This document shows positions 1 through 11,447 of a stretch of DNA of 34,552 bases, in pieces. The translations under genes and the position numbers were made by a program. The notes below the pieces were generated by a model. It had not been told where the DNA came from. It ran no database searches and saw only the letters and a list, made by a program, of their open reading frames with translations. The DNA lies in contig JALDZX010000110.1 of assembly GCA_022813865.1 (NCBI GenBank), positions 1 through 34,552 on the forward strand, written 5' to 3'. Source of the stretch: Xylographa opegraphella (lineage: Eukaryota). The stretch's first letter is position 1. Each line of letters begins with the position of its first letter.

Positions 1-60
1 TTGACGAATCCAACCCAGATCCCTAATCGAACTATACTAGTGAGAGGCAGGATCGTAACA
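1..60 (+). mobile_element. Probable 3' end of an LTR, truncated by the window edge
   Basis: GC-balanced stretch ending in CGTAACA (54-60). Its tail TAGTGAGAGGCAGGATCGTAACA resembles the tail TGGTGAGTTGATGAGCCGTAACA of the LTR at 1149-1331. Confidence 0.45.
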
Positions 61-80
61 CGAAGGCCCTGCGGGCCTTC

Positions 81-1035
81 TTTGTTTTCTTCTTTATTTC
101 CTTTTCGAACCTTTCAAATGTAGTTAACACAGAATATATTCAAGATTTCGCCTTGAATATTTTCTCATTTTCATTCAAATTAATTTTATATCTTTCAATT
201 TCAATAAACATAATTTAAAAATTTTAACGAATTTAAATTTTTTATGAAAAATTAATTTAATTATGTATTTATATTATTTATATAAATCTTGTGAAAAGCC
301 TGTTTAAAAGAATTTAAAAATATTTTTCGAAAAATATCTTTTATTTAATTTGGTTTTAATTATTTTTAATAATGTTTAAATATATTTCTTAAACGAAATA
401 ATTATTTTAAAACGTTTTTTTAAAATTTTTTAATTTAATGAAAAAGTTGCTCAACGTATTAAACGTATTAAACGTATTTAACGTATTAAACGTATTAAAC
501 GTATTAACGTATTATACGTATTAAATACGTAAAAAACATGTCAAAAATATACAAAAATATAAATTTTTGTACTGTTTCTGCAGATTTACTTTTTGCGCAA
601 AGAATAAATTTTTTGATCGAATTTTCGATTTTTTGTAATACTTTGAAAGTACTACGGATATTTATATTTTTTATCGTAAAACGAGTATTTAAACGCGAAA
701 ACGATTTTCATTATACGTATTATAATAATTAAATCAATTTTAGTATAATTATATTTTAAGAATTTATTTAATTTTCTGTGTAATTATTTTAAATTAAAAA
801 ATGAAACGAAATCGAGTTTATAATTTAATAAAATTTATAAATATAAATATAATTATCTTGAAGTTAAAAATTAGTAAATAAATAAAACGAAGTTATAAAT
901 ATATTTTGTATTAATAATAATAAAAATTCGAAAAAAATAAAAATCTCGCAGAGTTTTTATTTAAAATAAAAAATATTATATTTTGTATTTAAAATTTAAA
1001 GAATCGAATGTTTTTTACATTTTTAAAAGAATTAT
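81..1035. repeat. AT-rich, RIP-like degenerate repeat/transposon remnant
   Basis: Very high A+T and TpA-rich, with surviving C/G mostly in CpG. No credible ORF. Sharp compositional boundary with the gene-rich region. Confidence 0.75.
453..523 (+). repeat. Tandem repeat of a ~9-bp unit (AACGTATTA), about 7-8 copies
   Basis: Directly visible: aacgtatta aacgtatta aacgtattt aacgtatta aacgtatta aacgtatt aacgtatta tacgtatta. Confidence 0.85.
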
Positions 1036-1117
1036 TCCCCCCTTTTTTCACGTATGCCATTGGCTTTCCACAACGCTGCATATTGAGCGAGAGATCCCCT
1101 CACTCACGCTGGATCAC

Positions 1118-1615
1118 TGTCACGAATCTACGGCGAATTATGACAGGGTGTGACGATTATGACATCAGTCACGAGTAATAGGGGTAGGGCTGGATCAGGA
1201 CTAGCACCTTGAGTATATAGTCTTGCCCATGGAGCAGCCTCATCGCTTCTCCATCTTAATCTGGGTTGAAATCGTCCACCTAAAGCTTACGTTCTAGGCG
1301 TGCTTGTGTGGTGAGTTGATGAGCCGTAACACAGGGTAATACATAAAGGGGGTTCGGCGGAACTATAGGGCGACGCGCCAAGAGATTTGTAATGTTAATA
1401 ATAAATACTAGGAATACTAGAAAGGCTGGAATCATAATAAAAGATTGTTTATATAAAAACGTTAAAAGTTTTGGAAACTCTGGCGTATTTAACTTATATA
1501 TCGCAGGCAATAAATAGTTTTAATATAAACACAAGTCCCGTTTATACCTTTTTACAGACATCTGTGATCGCTGCCACTGCTCCACCACCTGTTTAAGGGA
1601 GTACCCAACGTTACA
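1118..1615. mobile_element. Solo LTR (outer element, ~310 bp once the nested insert is removed)
   Basis: Starts TGTCACG (1118) and ends CGTTACA (1615). Flanked by the perfect 5-bp direct repeat ATCAC (1113-1117 and 1616-1620). Confidence 0.8.
1149..1331. mobile_element. Solo LTR, 183 bp, nested inside the 1118-1615 element
   Basis: Starts TGTGACG and ends CGTAACA. Perfect 5-bp TSD CAGGG (1144-1148 and 1332-1336). Its 3' 71 bp align ungapped to 34342-34412. Confidence 0.85.
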
Positions 1616-1887
1616 ATCACCTGGTTTTAATTAATAAAGATTTCGCGACGATATCACATACGTAATTTTCAATCGTTAAATATAAAATTAATTTATAATT
1701 CCGTGATATTGCTTGCCTCGGGGGAGTAGTCGTTGGACGCGACATAGGTCAACGCACCAATGATCACAGACCTGCGCTTCTGCACGGTATGCTCCGAGCA
1801 TCCACTCGAGCAAGTACGATTACATCAACTCCATCAGTCACTAACATCATCCCGCGCCGCTCGACTGTCGTCCTTCCCATCCAAGCC

Positions 1888-3253
1888 ATGGCAGGTGGTG
1901 CACATAGCAATGACGACCTGAAGGTGTCCAAGCCTTTCGATGTCTGGAATTTCACCGCAGTCGTTCTAGGCATCATTGATCGTGAGTGCAGATGCATCCC
2001 TTGAAGCCGCTAACCAAATGTTCCGTCCAAGACCGGTGGAAGGACCCGTATAGGTTTGATGTTACTCAAGCTCTTGCCTCGAACGGCGCAAGGTTTTATA
2101 TCACTGGCCGCCGCAAGGAAGCTTTGAAGAAGGTAGTAGAGCTGTATAGCTCAGGTCCTGGTACAATTGTCCCCTTGCCAGAAGACATAACTCAGAAACA
2201 CCATTTGAAGCGCCTCACCAGTGTATTAGCAAGCAAAGAGAGCAGCGGCATCCACCTGCTGGTAACAATGGTATGTTTATATGGCTCTCGATAGAAGTCA
2301 CTGCTTGGACAACATTGCCTCACAACCACTATGACCATTTGTCTTACCAAGTCTCTGTTATTGTTATTATGTTCTGATCTTTTAGTTGATTGACCTTGAA
2401 TTGGTACTGTAACGAGTTTCCGAGCTTACTTCAACCTACGCATTGTGTTCACAGCCCAGACTCCATTATATAGCTCATTTTGACCGCTTGAATTGACTTT
2501 AGCGGGTATTGCGCGAGATGATACTATCAAGTAGCCCGGAGGAAAGCCCGATCTCTCTTCAGCTCCGAGTATTTCCCACCATTTTGGGAAGAGCGAGCCA
2601 GGTGAGTGCTAGAGATGAGATAGCCAGTTGGGGTGCAGTGGTGAGAACCTGCTGAAATCTAATCCAGAAAATTGGGCCGAGACCTTTCAAACAAACTTAA
2701 CGGCGCAGTTCTTTACGAACATCGCGCTACTGCCACTTTTAGCTAAGGGCCGTGAAGTTTCGCCCAGGTACTCCTTCCATAAGTGTGGTCAATGTTGCAA
2801 GTATCTCAGAAGTAATGAAAGATAGCAGTAACGGGCAGTTTGCTTACGCGACATCGAAAGCGGGTATGTGTGATCACATTCAACTTGGTTCATACACGTA
2901 TTGGGATCTGCACTCATGGTTTGGTAGGCTTCATTCATATGACCAGAATGGTGTGTCAAAAAGCACTTAGATCTTTAAGGTCTTGTTCCCTGACATTCCT
3001 AGATGGCCACGACGTTTGCTCAAGCCAAAACTCGCGTCAACTGTATTGCTCCCGGGATCTTTCCAGTGAGATGACTGCAGGATCTTCGGGGACGATTAGA
3101 AGTCCAAGCTTGAAATGGAGATGTCGAACCCAGCAGGAGGTACATTCCCTGCATGTGACGTCGGTCGCAAACTATTCTGAACAAACACTATTAGCTCGGA
3201 CGGGCCAGGAATCTGATATGGCTGCCTGTATCTTATTCTTGGCCGGACCGGGT
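1888..3253 (+). pseudogene. Short-chain dehydrogenase/reductase (SDR) pseudogene
   Basis: Fragments in order: MAGGAHSNDDLKVSKPFDV..TAVV; a damaged Gly-rich motif (GGRTRIGLM) frameshifted into TQALASNGARFYITGRR; AGIARDD; WAETFQTNL; VVNVASIS; catalytic YATSK (YxxxK); RVNCIAPG; RTGQESDMAACILFLAGPG. In-frame TAG stops at 2532 and 3097, frameshifts near 2060, 2770 and 3060, and the C-terminus is missing. Confidence 0.85.
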
Positions 3254-3260
3254 TTTGTCG

Positions 3261-3530
3261 GGATTCGAAGAAAAGATACAATATACCATAAATGGTGGCC
3301 ATGTAAATGGTGATGAGGATGAGGATCGGTTCCAGGAATAGCATGGCGAAGGGTCGGGAGAGGTATTTCGTCACGATCTGCCGGAAATTCACCGGGTTCT
3401 CGTCGATCTTGGCGTGTATGGCCCAGTTTCGCGTCTCAAACCGCAGTTTCTTGGCTCTTCGCTGCAGGATCACGGGGCCGAAGGACTCGGGTATGATGAG
3501 TAGTCCCAGCGCGGTGAATAGAGCGATGGT
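3261..3530 (-). pseudogene. Internal fragment of an MFS transporter (DHA1 drug/polyamine:H+ antiporter-like; TM6, central loop, TM7)
   Basis: Translates as LGLLIIPESFGPVILQRRAKKLRFETRNWAIHAK...KYLSRPFAMLFLEPILILITIYMATIYGILYLFFE, matching the PETxxPxxL...RP..ML..EPI..Y..YGILY signature of fungal DHA1 transporters. No other TM segments are visible nearby. Confidence 0.8.
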
Positions 3531-4706
3531 CTTCCTCAACTCGCAAGTGCTGTACCCTGAATGAGGTGAGGAATTGGACTTTGTGGTAACCACTTTGGAT
3601 ATTAATGGGTCCCAGGGAACATTTTGGTACAGCCAGCAGCCACCTAGGGATTGTGGGACTGAAAGTAACATACACGTTGCTGGTGATCAAAAGCGTATCA
3701 AAGTCACAACAATATATTCCTTTCTGATGGTTGCACGGTATGGCATGAATCCGTGAGGAATTAGGAAGTACTAAAAAAGTGTATATTTCACTTGTAACCA
3801 TACCACGTCCAATGGCGTCCCTTACTGCAAATCTGTTGTTGAACACGCTTCAAGAAGATCGGCAGGATTGTCGTAGGATAATGGGAAGCATCATGGCAAA
3901 CATTTTCTTGAGCAAGCTGCAAAGAGCTAATACAATCGTTCCCGAAATCGCATCTTCGGCCCGTGACCGGCGTTCCTGAATAGTGCTGGATCGCTAAACA
4001 CGTTGTCCTGTGTTGCTTTCATGTTGGTAAGGTACAGAGTAGGGAGCATTTCAGTAAGTAGTTAAGTTATATGCAAAGTCACATAGATCAACAAGAACGC
4101 CTGTTCTTTTGCAATATCGATGACTCCATCTCCTCCTGCCAACTCAGCGTATACTGATAATTGATTCCTTACCCTCACTAGCTATGATTGGCAGCTTGTT
4201 GATATTGATGAGGACAAAGACAATTACTAAGTGAGCTAGCTGTCTTTATATCTGTTGCGATTTATTAACACGCAGGCACGCAAGTGATAAGAACTTTTGG
4301 CCTTACGGCTCTTCATGCTTTAGTTGGAAATGTCATTCACATTCATTCGCTTCCACGCGTCCAACCTTCCTCTACAGTCCACTTATTACTCAGTCTCAGA
4401 TAAGCTGGAGAATGTGTCTTTGGACTATTGAGAGATTTTAACACGGATTACCTGAACCGAGGAAGTACCGACTGTTTTCTATCATCCCTTTATTTCTACC
4501 ACCGCTTCCTGGGATATGATTGAGATAAACAAAAATGGCAGAATCCATCCAATCGCCAGTGAACCCGAAGCCTGGCTTTGCGGAAGGATCGATGGTACTC
4601 CTGAGGTAAGCTCAGTCTCACTTAAATCTTAACTCGTCACATAACACATGAACTTAAACGTATTGTTTATAGAGAACCTGCGCAAGATGTGCCAAAACAT
4701 GCAAAT

Positions 4707-6479
4707 ATGGATCCCGACAGAACTTGTGTCACTGTCCTTCCCGGTCGTTCAAGGCCCGCCTTTGTCCGCAAGCCGAGAAATTACAGAGAAAATCCCTTTG
4801 GGTTGACAGCCATTGCTAGAGCTCTGGCACCAGCCCCAAGGCGACGAAGATCATACTCGGCTCAATACGTGGTCCGAGTGCGATCTCCATCATCTCCTAC
4901 ATACTTTAACGCATACTCACCACCGCCTTCGCTGCTCCACTATCATACGTCATCTCAACCTACTGTCACGATGCAGGAAACAGTCCATACATATCCGAGG
5001 TACTCACCGCCGGTCTCTGAACAACGGGTGGTATCGAATTCAGTCACAACCAAGGTCATCCCACATAATGGTCGGGCAGACGAAAGTACGTTGCAGCACA
5101 CTTGCAGTTCTTGTGGTAAGTACCGGTCTGCAAGCCATCAAAGCCGTCATCCTTTAGCACCAGGAGAGATACCCAAGCTTGGTACTTGTCGTCGTTGCAT
5201 CAGGGAACACACATCAAGTGAGGACAGTGCGGAAGACGAACGTCGATTGCGCCGTACTTATAGCTATGCCAAGGGCCACAAAGGATCTCGATATAGATGG
5301 AGAAGAAAATTCAGAGATACAGACTCGATGATAACATACCCCAGACGGTCTCCATGTAAGGAGGAACTTCGAGTAATCCATGAGACTCGATCAATCACTC
5401 ACGATCACCATCGAGCACGCTCAAGCTCGAGGGAAAAAACGCATATTCGCGTCACGATTGAGCCAGAGCAGACGAGAAGGAGCGGAAGAAGACGGTCAAT
5501 CGAGCCTGCCAATCTTCTTGAAGACACGCAATACGTCAAGCAAGGAAAGCGGTCGCGTTCCAGATCTCGTGATGCGAGGCTGTTCGATGACGGATGGCCA
5601 ATGAGCGTCAGGGTGCGTAGAGATGATCATGGTCGAACAATAAGGCGTATGGTGCCAGAATTATATCGACCTCGTGAAGTTAGGACGATCGAACACGGAT
5701 GCGATGGTAACCTTGCCAGAGAAGTGAGCAGCATCTATCCTGTGATCCATCGTAGCTCTGCTTCGTCCTTGTCCAAGCTCACTGCCCCTTATCGTGTCGA
5801 GGAAAGGGAGACGATAGCAAGCCACGAACGCTCCTATTCTCCGCCATTTCCTGTCCGTCGCCGAAGCATAGAAGAAACTTATACGTCCAGATCATTCAAT
5901 AAACGATTTCGGCGACGGCCTACGAACTCTGTTCGGATTCTCAGGATGAGCCGAGAAACCGACCACGAGACTCAAACACACGGTGGTGAACTCCCAGCGC
6001 TTCAACGTCGACTATCTTTTGTCGAAAAAGGGTCACCTTTACGCAGCTCTACCAGGAGGCAGCCCGCAGAAGCAGAGGAGCCGGTAGGTTCTCACTGGCG
6101 GCAGGAAATACGCGACACGCAGTTGGAGAGCAGTGATGAAGCCTCATTGCATGGTATGTATGAGACGTCTTGATATTATGTAGTACATTTTAGCTGACAA
6201 TCTTGAGAAGAATTCCCAAACCACGTGCGAAGTTACAGCACATTTTTTACACAACGAGATACGCACTCTCCTACTGGTAACAGCAACGAAGAGTACGAGC
6301 TCGTTCGTGACCTTGAGCGTACACGCATAGCGCCCAGGAGGACATACTTTCCGCAGCCCACTGCAATTACACGACGCATTGATCACCACCACACCTTACA
6401 TCATGAGAGGTCCATGGGAGGCAGTGCAGATGAAGAGCTTCGGCGTTATTACGACGTCTCAGATGGAGCTGCGTTCTAA
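4707..6479 (+). CDS. Arg/Ser-rich hypothetical protein (~571 aa) with a CxxC...H...CxxC motif; exons 4707-6153 and 6211-6479
   Basis: Long ORF whose first in-frame ATG is at 4707. Intron 6154-6210 (GTATGT, branch GCTGAC, AAG) joins it in frame to the 6225-6479 ORF. Motif: HTCSSCGKYRSASHQSRHP...GTCRRC. Confidence 0.7.
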
Positions 6480-7272
6480 AGAAATGTGTAAGAAAATCGG
6501 AGTCGCAAAATAAACTCGCCTGTAGAAGCGGTGCGGGAAGTCTTTGATCTGCTCAGGGCTGGCAGAGATGCATGGGGTTCTGTTCTTGGTTGTGTGGTCG
6601 CAGCGGCGTCTCAACCACTCGTGTAGACTAGCGATGCGAATGGGCAGCCATTGCTCCATGGCTAGCCGATTTGCAAAGCCAACGCTGAGACATTCGAGCA
6701 CAAAGAGCCTCTGTCGTCCAGTTTCCTCGTCAGACAAAGTGCCACTGGACGCTACAGACGCCATTCCAAACTCCCTTATCGAGTGTTCAATGTTCATTAG
6801 CGTCACAGTGGCGCAGGAGAAACGCCGGTGCCTCCACGATTCACCACGTAGACTAGATAGTTTTGTTATCTCGAAACTGCCCTGAAGAACCTAGCCCTCG
6901 GTGCTGGTCATGCGACCGAGCGTCCTACGCTTACGGAAGACTTTTGACCATTGCAGTCGGGCGTAATCACGAATCGCGCCAGCAAATGCAAGGCAACCTT
7001 CTGCCCTATTGACTCAAATCCTCCACTCACAATTTTTGCTCGTGTTTTCGGGACACGGGTCATCGAGGGCGATCAATTCCTCCGCTTTGATTACGTGCAT
7101 GTTGATGTATCCGCAAATCGCGGGATGGGGGGATAGTGCAATCGAAGACGGATGGGACAAATATCCGTGCTTTGCAGCAGCTTTGCCTTTGGAAGCTACG
7201 ATGCCTGATGAACGGTGATTGTGGTAGTGCAGGTAAATGGAAGGATGCCGGGTGCCGCATTTTATACGACGT

Positions 7273-7317
7273 TGCGCCAATGGCCTCTCGTGCGCCAATG
7301 GCCTCTCGTGCGCCAAT
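7273..7317 (+). repeat. 18-bp tandem repeat (TGCGCCAATGGCCTCTCG) x2.5
   Basis: Exact copies at 7273-7290 and 7291-7308, partial copy at 7309-7317. Confidence 0.9.
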
Positions 7318-7422
7318 CACAAAAGATCGTGCGGCAAAGTGACTGCTGAAATATCCTTACTCGTAATCTCATGCACATCGTGATAGTTTTCCTACTTCAG
7401 CCCGCCGCCGGAGATCCCGGTT

Positions 7423-9132
7423 TCAATTTTTCACCCGTTTACCTTTGCCCTCTTCGACCTGTAAGCCTACCAGGCGTAGCTCTCCACCATCACCGACCCG
7501 CTCGACAAGCCCTTCTGCTATCATCCAGTCTCGCAGCATTGTATCCTCTACCCACTGCTTATCCTGTCCGTGTCCGCTTTCTAGATGTCGCCCTACATGC
7601 TCCATCCTGGCTTCCCACAAGCCAGAACCCTCGAATACCGTCCCTCGCTGACCAGCTGGGCAGTAACCGCATGAACTGTAAGGCGGAGGATTGCGGATAT
7701 CTATCAGGCAGCGCGCGCATGCAGCTTCAAGAGATGCCGCAAAGCGGTCTTTCTCATGCTGAGAACAAGAGGCTGAGGGAGAGTGCATCCGACGTAGATG
7801 CTGGGTGAACAAATCCTTCCGATTAAATTCATTGTAGATGGGTTCCGGGACTTCTGCCGCACCATGATGAGGGGACTGAGGAAGACACGACCCAAGGTCG
7901 CATCGCCATATTCCGAGCCGGAGGTGCTGGGATGAAACGTGGCGCTTCCATTCATTCTTGGAGCCGAACGTTGCGGGACAACCATAGAGTCTGAAGGTGC
8001 ACGTAAATGGCCTTATATGAACTGTAGATATATGTTTGCTCAAGGCAGCCTTGGAGGAGAGGATCTCCTTGCAATGGGAACACATCACGGTAGCGCCGTA
8101 CCCAGAAGTGAAGAGGGTGCCAGCTTTGATGTCTGGGACTCTAGGTAAGCGCTTACCAATGCCGGATGCAGTTCCTCGTGTCTTGCTTTTCAAGCTTGAC
8201 TTGTTGGTGCGCTTGGCCGGAGATGTGGACCGCTTGCCTTTCTGGGTGGAGTGCGATACACTGGGTTTCCTATGACGCGCAGGAGAGTAGTCCGAACCGC
8301 TCTCGTTTTCTACTTCACTGATGCTCTCATCCTTGATTACCAGCTGTTCCTCCTCGAGAGGGTTGGTCGTCGTTATTTGAGTAGGACTAGGTGACGCTGT
8401 CCCCGACTTTCCCTTGTTGAGTTCTGCTGGTATTTCAAAAGTACTGGAGTCAAAACCCTTGCAGCTGAAGCGGGCAGGATGATCTAGCGCGTCTTCTTGG
8501 TAGATGTCCGGATATTGCTGTACATCTTGTAGCGTAATACCAGGGCCGGAGTATATGTCTTCGACATGCGATGTATCTGATACTCCCGGAGATTGGCAAC
8601 TATTTGTGAAGCACGCAGTCCGCCCTGTACATGGAGAATAACTGGCGGTGTGATAGCTGTTTTGGGTATGGCAATCTTCAAGCTCGATTTCGGTATGACT
8701 CTCACTCGGACCTGGACTCCATGTACTTGCGTCCGACCATGACCCCTGCTCACTAGCCATTCGCTCGTCTGCACACAATCCGGGAGAAACAGATTCAGGT
8801 TGGTGGACCGAAGAAGCCCAAGGAGCAGTGGCATTGTACTTTACCTGGTACCCAATGTGTTCATGCTTGTATACTGGCTGCCAGCCTAACCCATTTCGTG
8901 GGAGCGATAATTCATATTCCGATGGCATACAACAGGAGGCTTCGGTCTGCATTTGTGGATCAAAACCACCGAAACAGTCCATGCGGAAGTGATTCGTATT
9001 CCTAGAAGAATGATTGTTGATTGACGACGACCAATCTAAACGAAGACGATCGTTGTGTACATGAGTCCAAGGCGCATCATCAATCCTGAATTCGATTGAT
9101 GGTAGATCCTGAAACATATTGAATGCCGACAT
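7423..9132 (-). CDS. C2H2 zinc-finger transcription factor A (~569 aa; start uncertain)
   Basis: Fingers: CSHC...HISTVH; RPFTCTFRLYGCPATFGSKNEWKRHVSSQH; WRC...C...FNRKDLFTQHLRRMH; CGYC...WEARMEHVGRH. A basic NLS-like region lies upstream. First in-frame ATG is at 9132 (the ORF-track start at 9204 is GTG). Confidence 0.9.
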   Translation of the reverse strand: MSAFNMFQDLPSIEFRIDDAPWTHVHNDRLRLDWSSSINNHSSRNTNHFRMDCFGGFDPQMQTEASCCMPSEYELSLPRNGLGWQPVYKHEHIGYQVKYNATAPWASSVHQPESVSPGLCADERMASEQGSWSDASTWSPGPSESHTEIELEDCHTQNSYHTASYSPCTGRTACFTNSCQSPGVSDTSHVEDIYSGPGITLQDVQQYPDIYQEDALDHPARFSCKGFDSSTFEIPAELNKGKSGTASPSPTQITTTNPLEEEQLVIKDESISEVENESGSDYSPARHRKPSVSHSTQKGKRSTSPAKRTNKSSLKSKTRGTASGIGKRLPRVPDIKAGTLFTSGYGATVMCSHCKEILSSKAALSKHISTVHIRPFTCTFRLYGCPATFGSKNEWKRHVSSQHLRLGIWRCDLGSCLPQSPHHGAAEVPEPIYNEFNRKDLFTQHLRRMHSPSASCSQHEKDRFAASLEAACARCLIDIRNPPPYSSCGYCPAGQRGTVFEGSGLWEARMEHVGRHLESGHGQDKQWVEDTMLRDWMIAEGLVERVGDGGELRLVGLQVEEGKGKRVKN

Positions 9133-11447
9133 GAGAGGCGCCAGTAACAGCCCCTTCAAAATGCTTATGGCAAAGAACCGCGTAGGAAGCCTGTAAGACT
9201 CCACTGATCCTCAACGATGAAGGCCGTGTTTGGCAATGGTGCAGCTCCAGTCATCTAGAGCACGGTACGTGAAGAATTCGGGCAAAAATATTCTCGCGCT
9301 CGATACGGGAAGCTGAAGGAGGAGGTTGATCGGTCGCAGGTAGGGCTCACGAGGAGAGAATAGTAACGCAAGTTGCAGAAAATGATTGAGCGTGACGACG
9401 TGGGAAGTTTTGGATGTGAAGAATGATCGATGCTTCTGGTTGACAGTGGGGACAAAGTAATTGACGGCATCGCATGGGGTATAGTAGGTGGTATAAATGG
9501 TCAAGAGGGATGGCTTCCCACCACACCGGAGACGTGATGGTACCTCGACCATCAACAGAGCCGCATCTTTTAGCTGGAGAAGCGCGCTATCGAATTCAGA
9601 ACGGTAAATCAAGCTCCCCCTGCAGATGTGATCAAGCACACAGGCTCGCACCATTCAGAACAGGGTCTCGGCAGCGATTCTGGGAGACACTCTTGCAGGA
9701 ATGGTTGGTGGCTTAGGGGAGTGAACCACATAAGGGAGGACGAAAGTAAAAGTAGGCAAGCCGTGACAGGCCCGAGTTCGAGCTGAGCAGTGCACATCCG
9801 GGCGCATGCATGGGGTCAAGGTCCAGCCCGGGGAGAAAGATGTGCATCCATCCTGCACTTATTGGCCGGATGAGTGGACAGCAGTCCGTTTGTGAGGTGG
9901 GGAGCCATGCAGCCTACGGCTCCCGTAACCCGTAAGGTAGCTACCAGAGCGCGAGGGGCGTGCCATCTCTGGTCGCCATTTGCCCCCACGGGCAGGGGCA
10001 CTGCAACGCGACGGCAAGGTCGAAGGCGGCAGCCTCAGGCAAACCACAGGCAGCAGAAGCCAGAAGGGCAGTCTGCCTCGATCCTGGCGAAGCATGGGCA
10101 GCGAGGAACAGTAAGGTACTTCGTAGAGAGTCCTGCCCAAGCGATGCGCCAGTCGCCATTCCCCACCCGCCCCCACTCGAGCGTGACATGCGCGAGGAAA
10201 TCATGCACGCCATGCTGTTTGGAGTCTTGGACTTTCCCATTGTGACCCGCTGATGCTGATCGTGATCGTCTGCATTTGGGCTCCGACGGGTTTCGGTGCC
10301 TTTTTGGTGGCTTAATGTGCTTTGCTTTGATGGGCTTGATGGGCTTGGTGGCTTGATGGCTTGGACACCAGCCTGGATGGTTTGGATGCGGTTGATTGTT
10401 GATGGCTGAACAGTGGACGGTTTCCCCGACCAAGCCTTTGCAAACATGAGGCTCTGTTACTGCGCTTTGTGCTGGCGTCTGGAGTCGCAGCTGCTCGATT
10501 AGAGCGCGGGCGCGGACGCGGAGGGACAAGCGGCAGCCGGATCGAGGTAAGGCCAGCAGCGGAGTCGTCACGTGGCGCTGCGGGCGGATCAGACGCGAGC
10601 AGGGGGCCCGCTCGTCCTACGTCGGAAGAGGACTAGCACGGTACCTAGGACACACCCCACTCCCTAGTCCCGTTGCCTCTTTCTTGGCTCGCTTGCCTTG
10701 CCGCGCTGTCCAATCAGAAACCAGCGCAACTCCGATCGTACTCCCGTACCTTATTATTAGTATGGTACGGAGTGAGTAGGACTACGGACTACCTTACCGT
10801 ACCTACCTACTCCTTTCGTCAGTCACATAGATTATATAGCACGTATCACAGTTCACAGTAGGGGAAGTATCTCTGCCGCCTTGACGATATCAAGAGTCTT
10901 CGCCGTGTCTGCCGTTCGTGCCCTGAATGGCAGCTCCCACATCCAGGAAGTGCGTGCCCGTGCCGCGCTCAGAGTGATGTAGACTAAGGTAGACTACCTT
11001 ACTGAGCTGTTCAAGAGGACGATGACCTGCATCTGCCTTTTTCTCGGAACATGTGAAGCTGGCTTCATTACTGGCCGCAGCTTTGGACTACACATCTGTA
11101 TGGACTTGGAAGTTCCTTGTGTCATGGTCGCATTTGAAGCAGAAGTTGGAGCAATTCTATGGGCGCAGAATTCATCAAGTATGAACCACCGCACTCCTCT
11201 GACTGTAATGAGCGGTTTGCTTCTCCACAAACTGGCTTCAATGCTTCCCTGATGCACCACTTGCCCTCATTTGATCCTCTCATTCACAATGTTGCCGCTA
11301 TGATAGCCAACACTTTGCAGGCCTGGTGAATAGGACGCACCTGGACTGGGCTTGACACGCACTAAACTTGGTCAGGTATGTGCGATCGTCGACCAGAAGG
11401 TCGTCAGCTTGAATGCTCAGACATCTCAGTTCGTACCTCACTCGAAA

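Noticed and set aside
62..100. 8-bp GC hairpin (GAAGGCCC-TGC-GGGCCTTC) followed by a T-rich tract, resembling a rho-independent terminator
   Set aside because: The context is a fungal repeat region with no bacterial genes; it is more likely a transposon-internal structure of unknown role.
453..523. Possible CRISPR or telomeric array
   Set aside because: No spacers, and the unit is not TTAGGG-like; it is a simple minisatellite in degenerate repeat DNA.
538..732. 64-aa ORF in the AT-rich flank
   Set aside because: The F/I/K/N-biased composition is what RIP-like AT-rich DNA produces; no recognisable domain.
6459..7342. Several 60-115 aa ORFs between the Arg/Ser-rich gene and gene A
   Set aside because: No motif, and I could not build a consistent spliced model.
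9211..10861. Many overlapping 60-180 aa ORFs on both strands
   Set aside because: Expected in GC-rich promoter or 5' leader DNA; mostly non-ATG starts and no domain signal.
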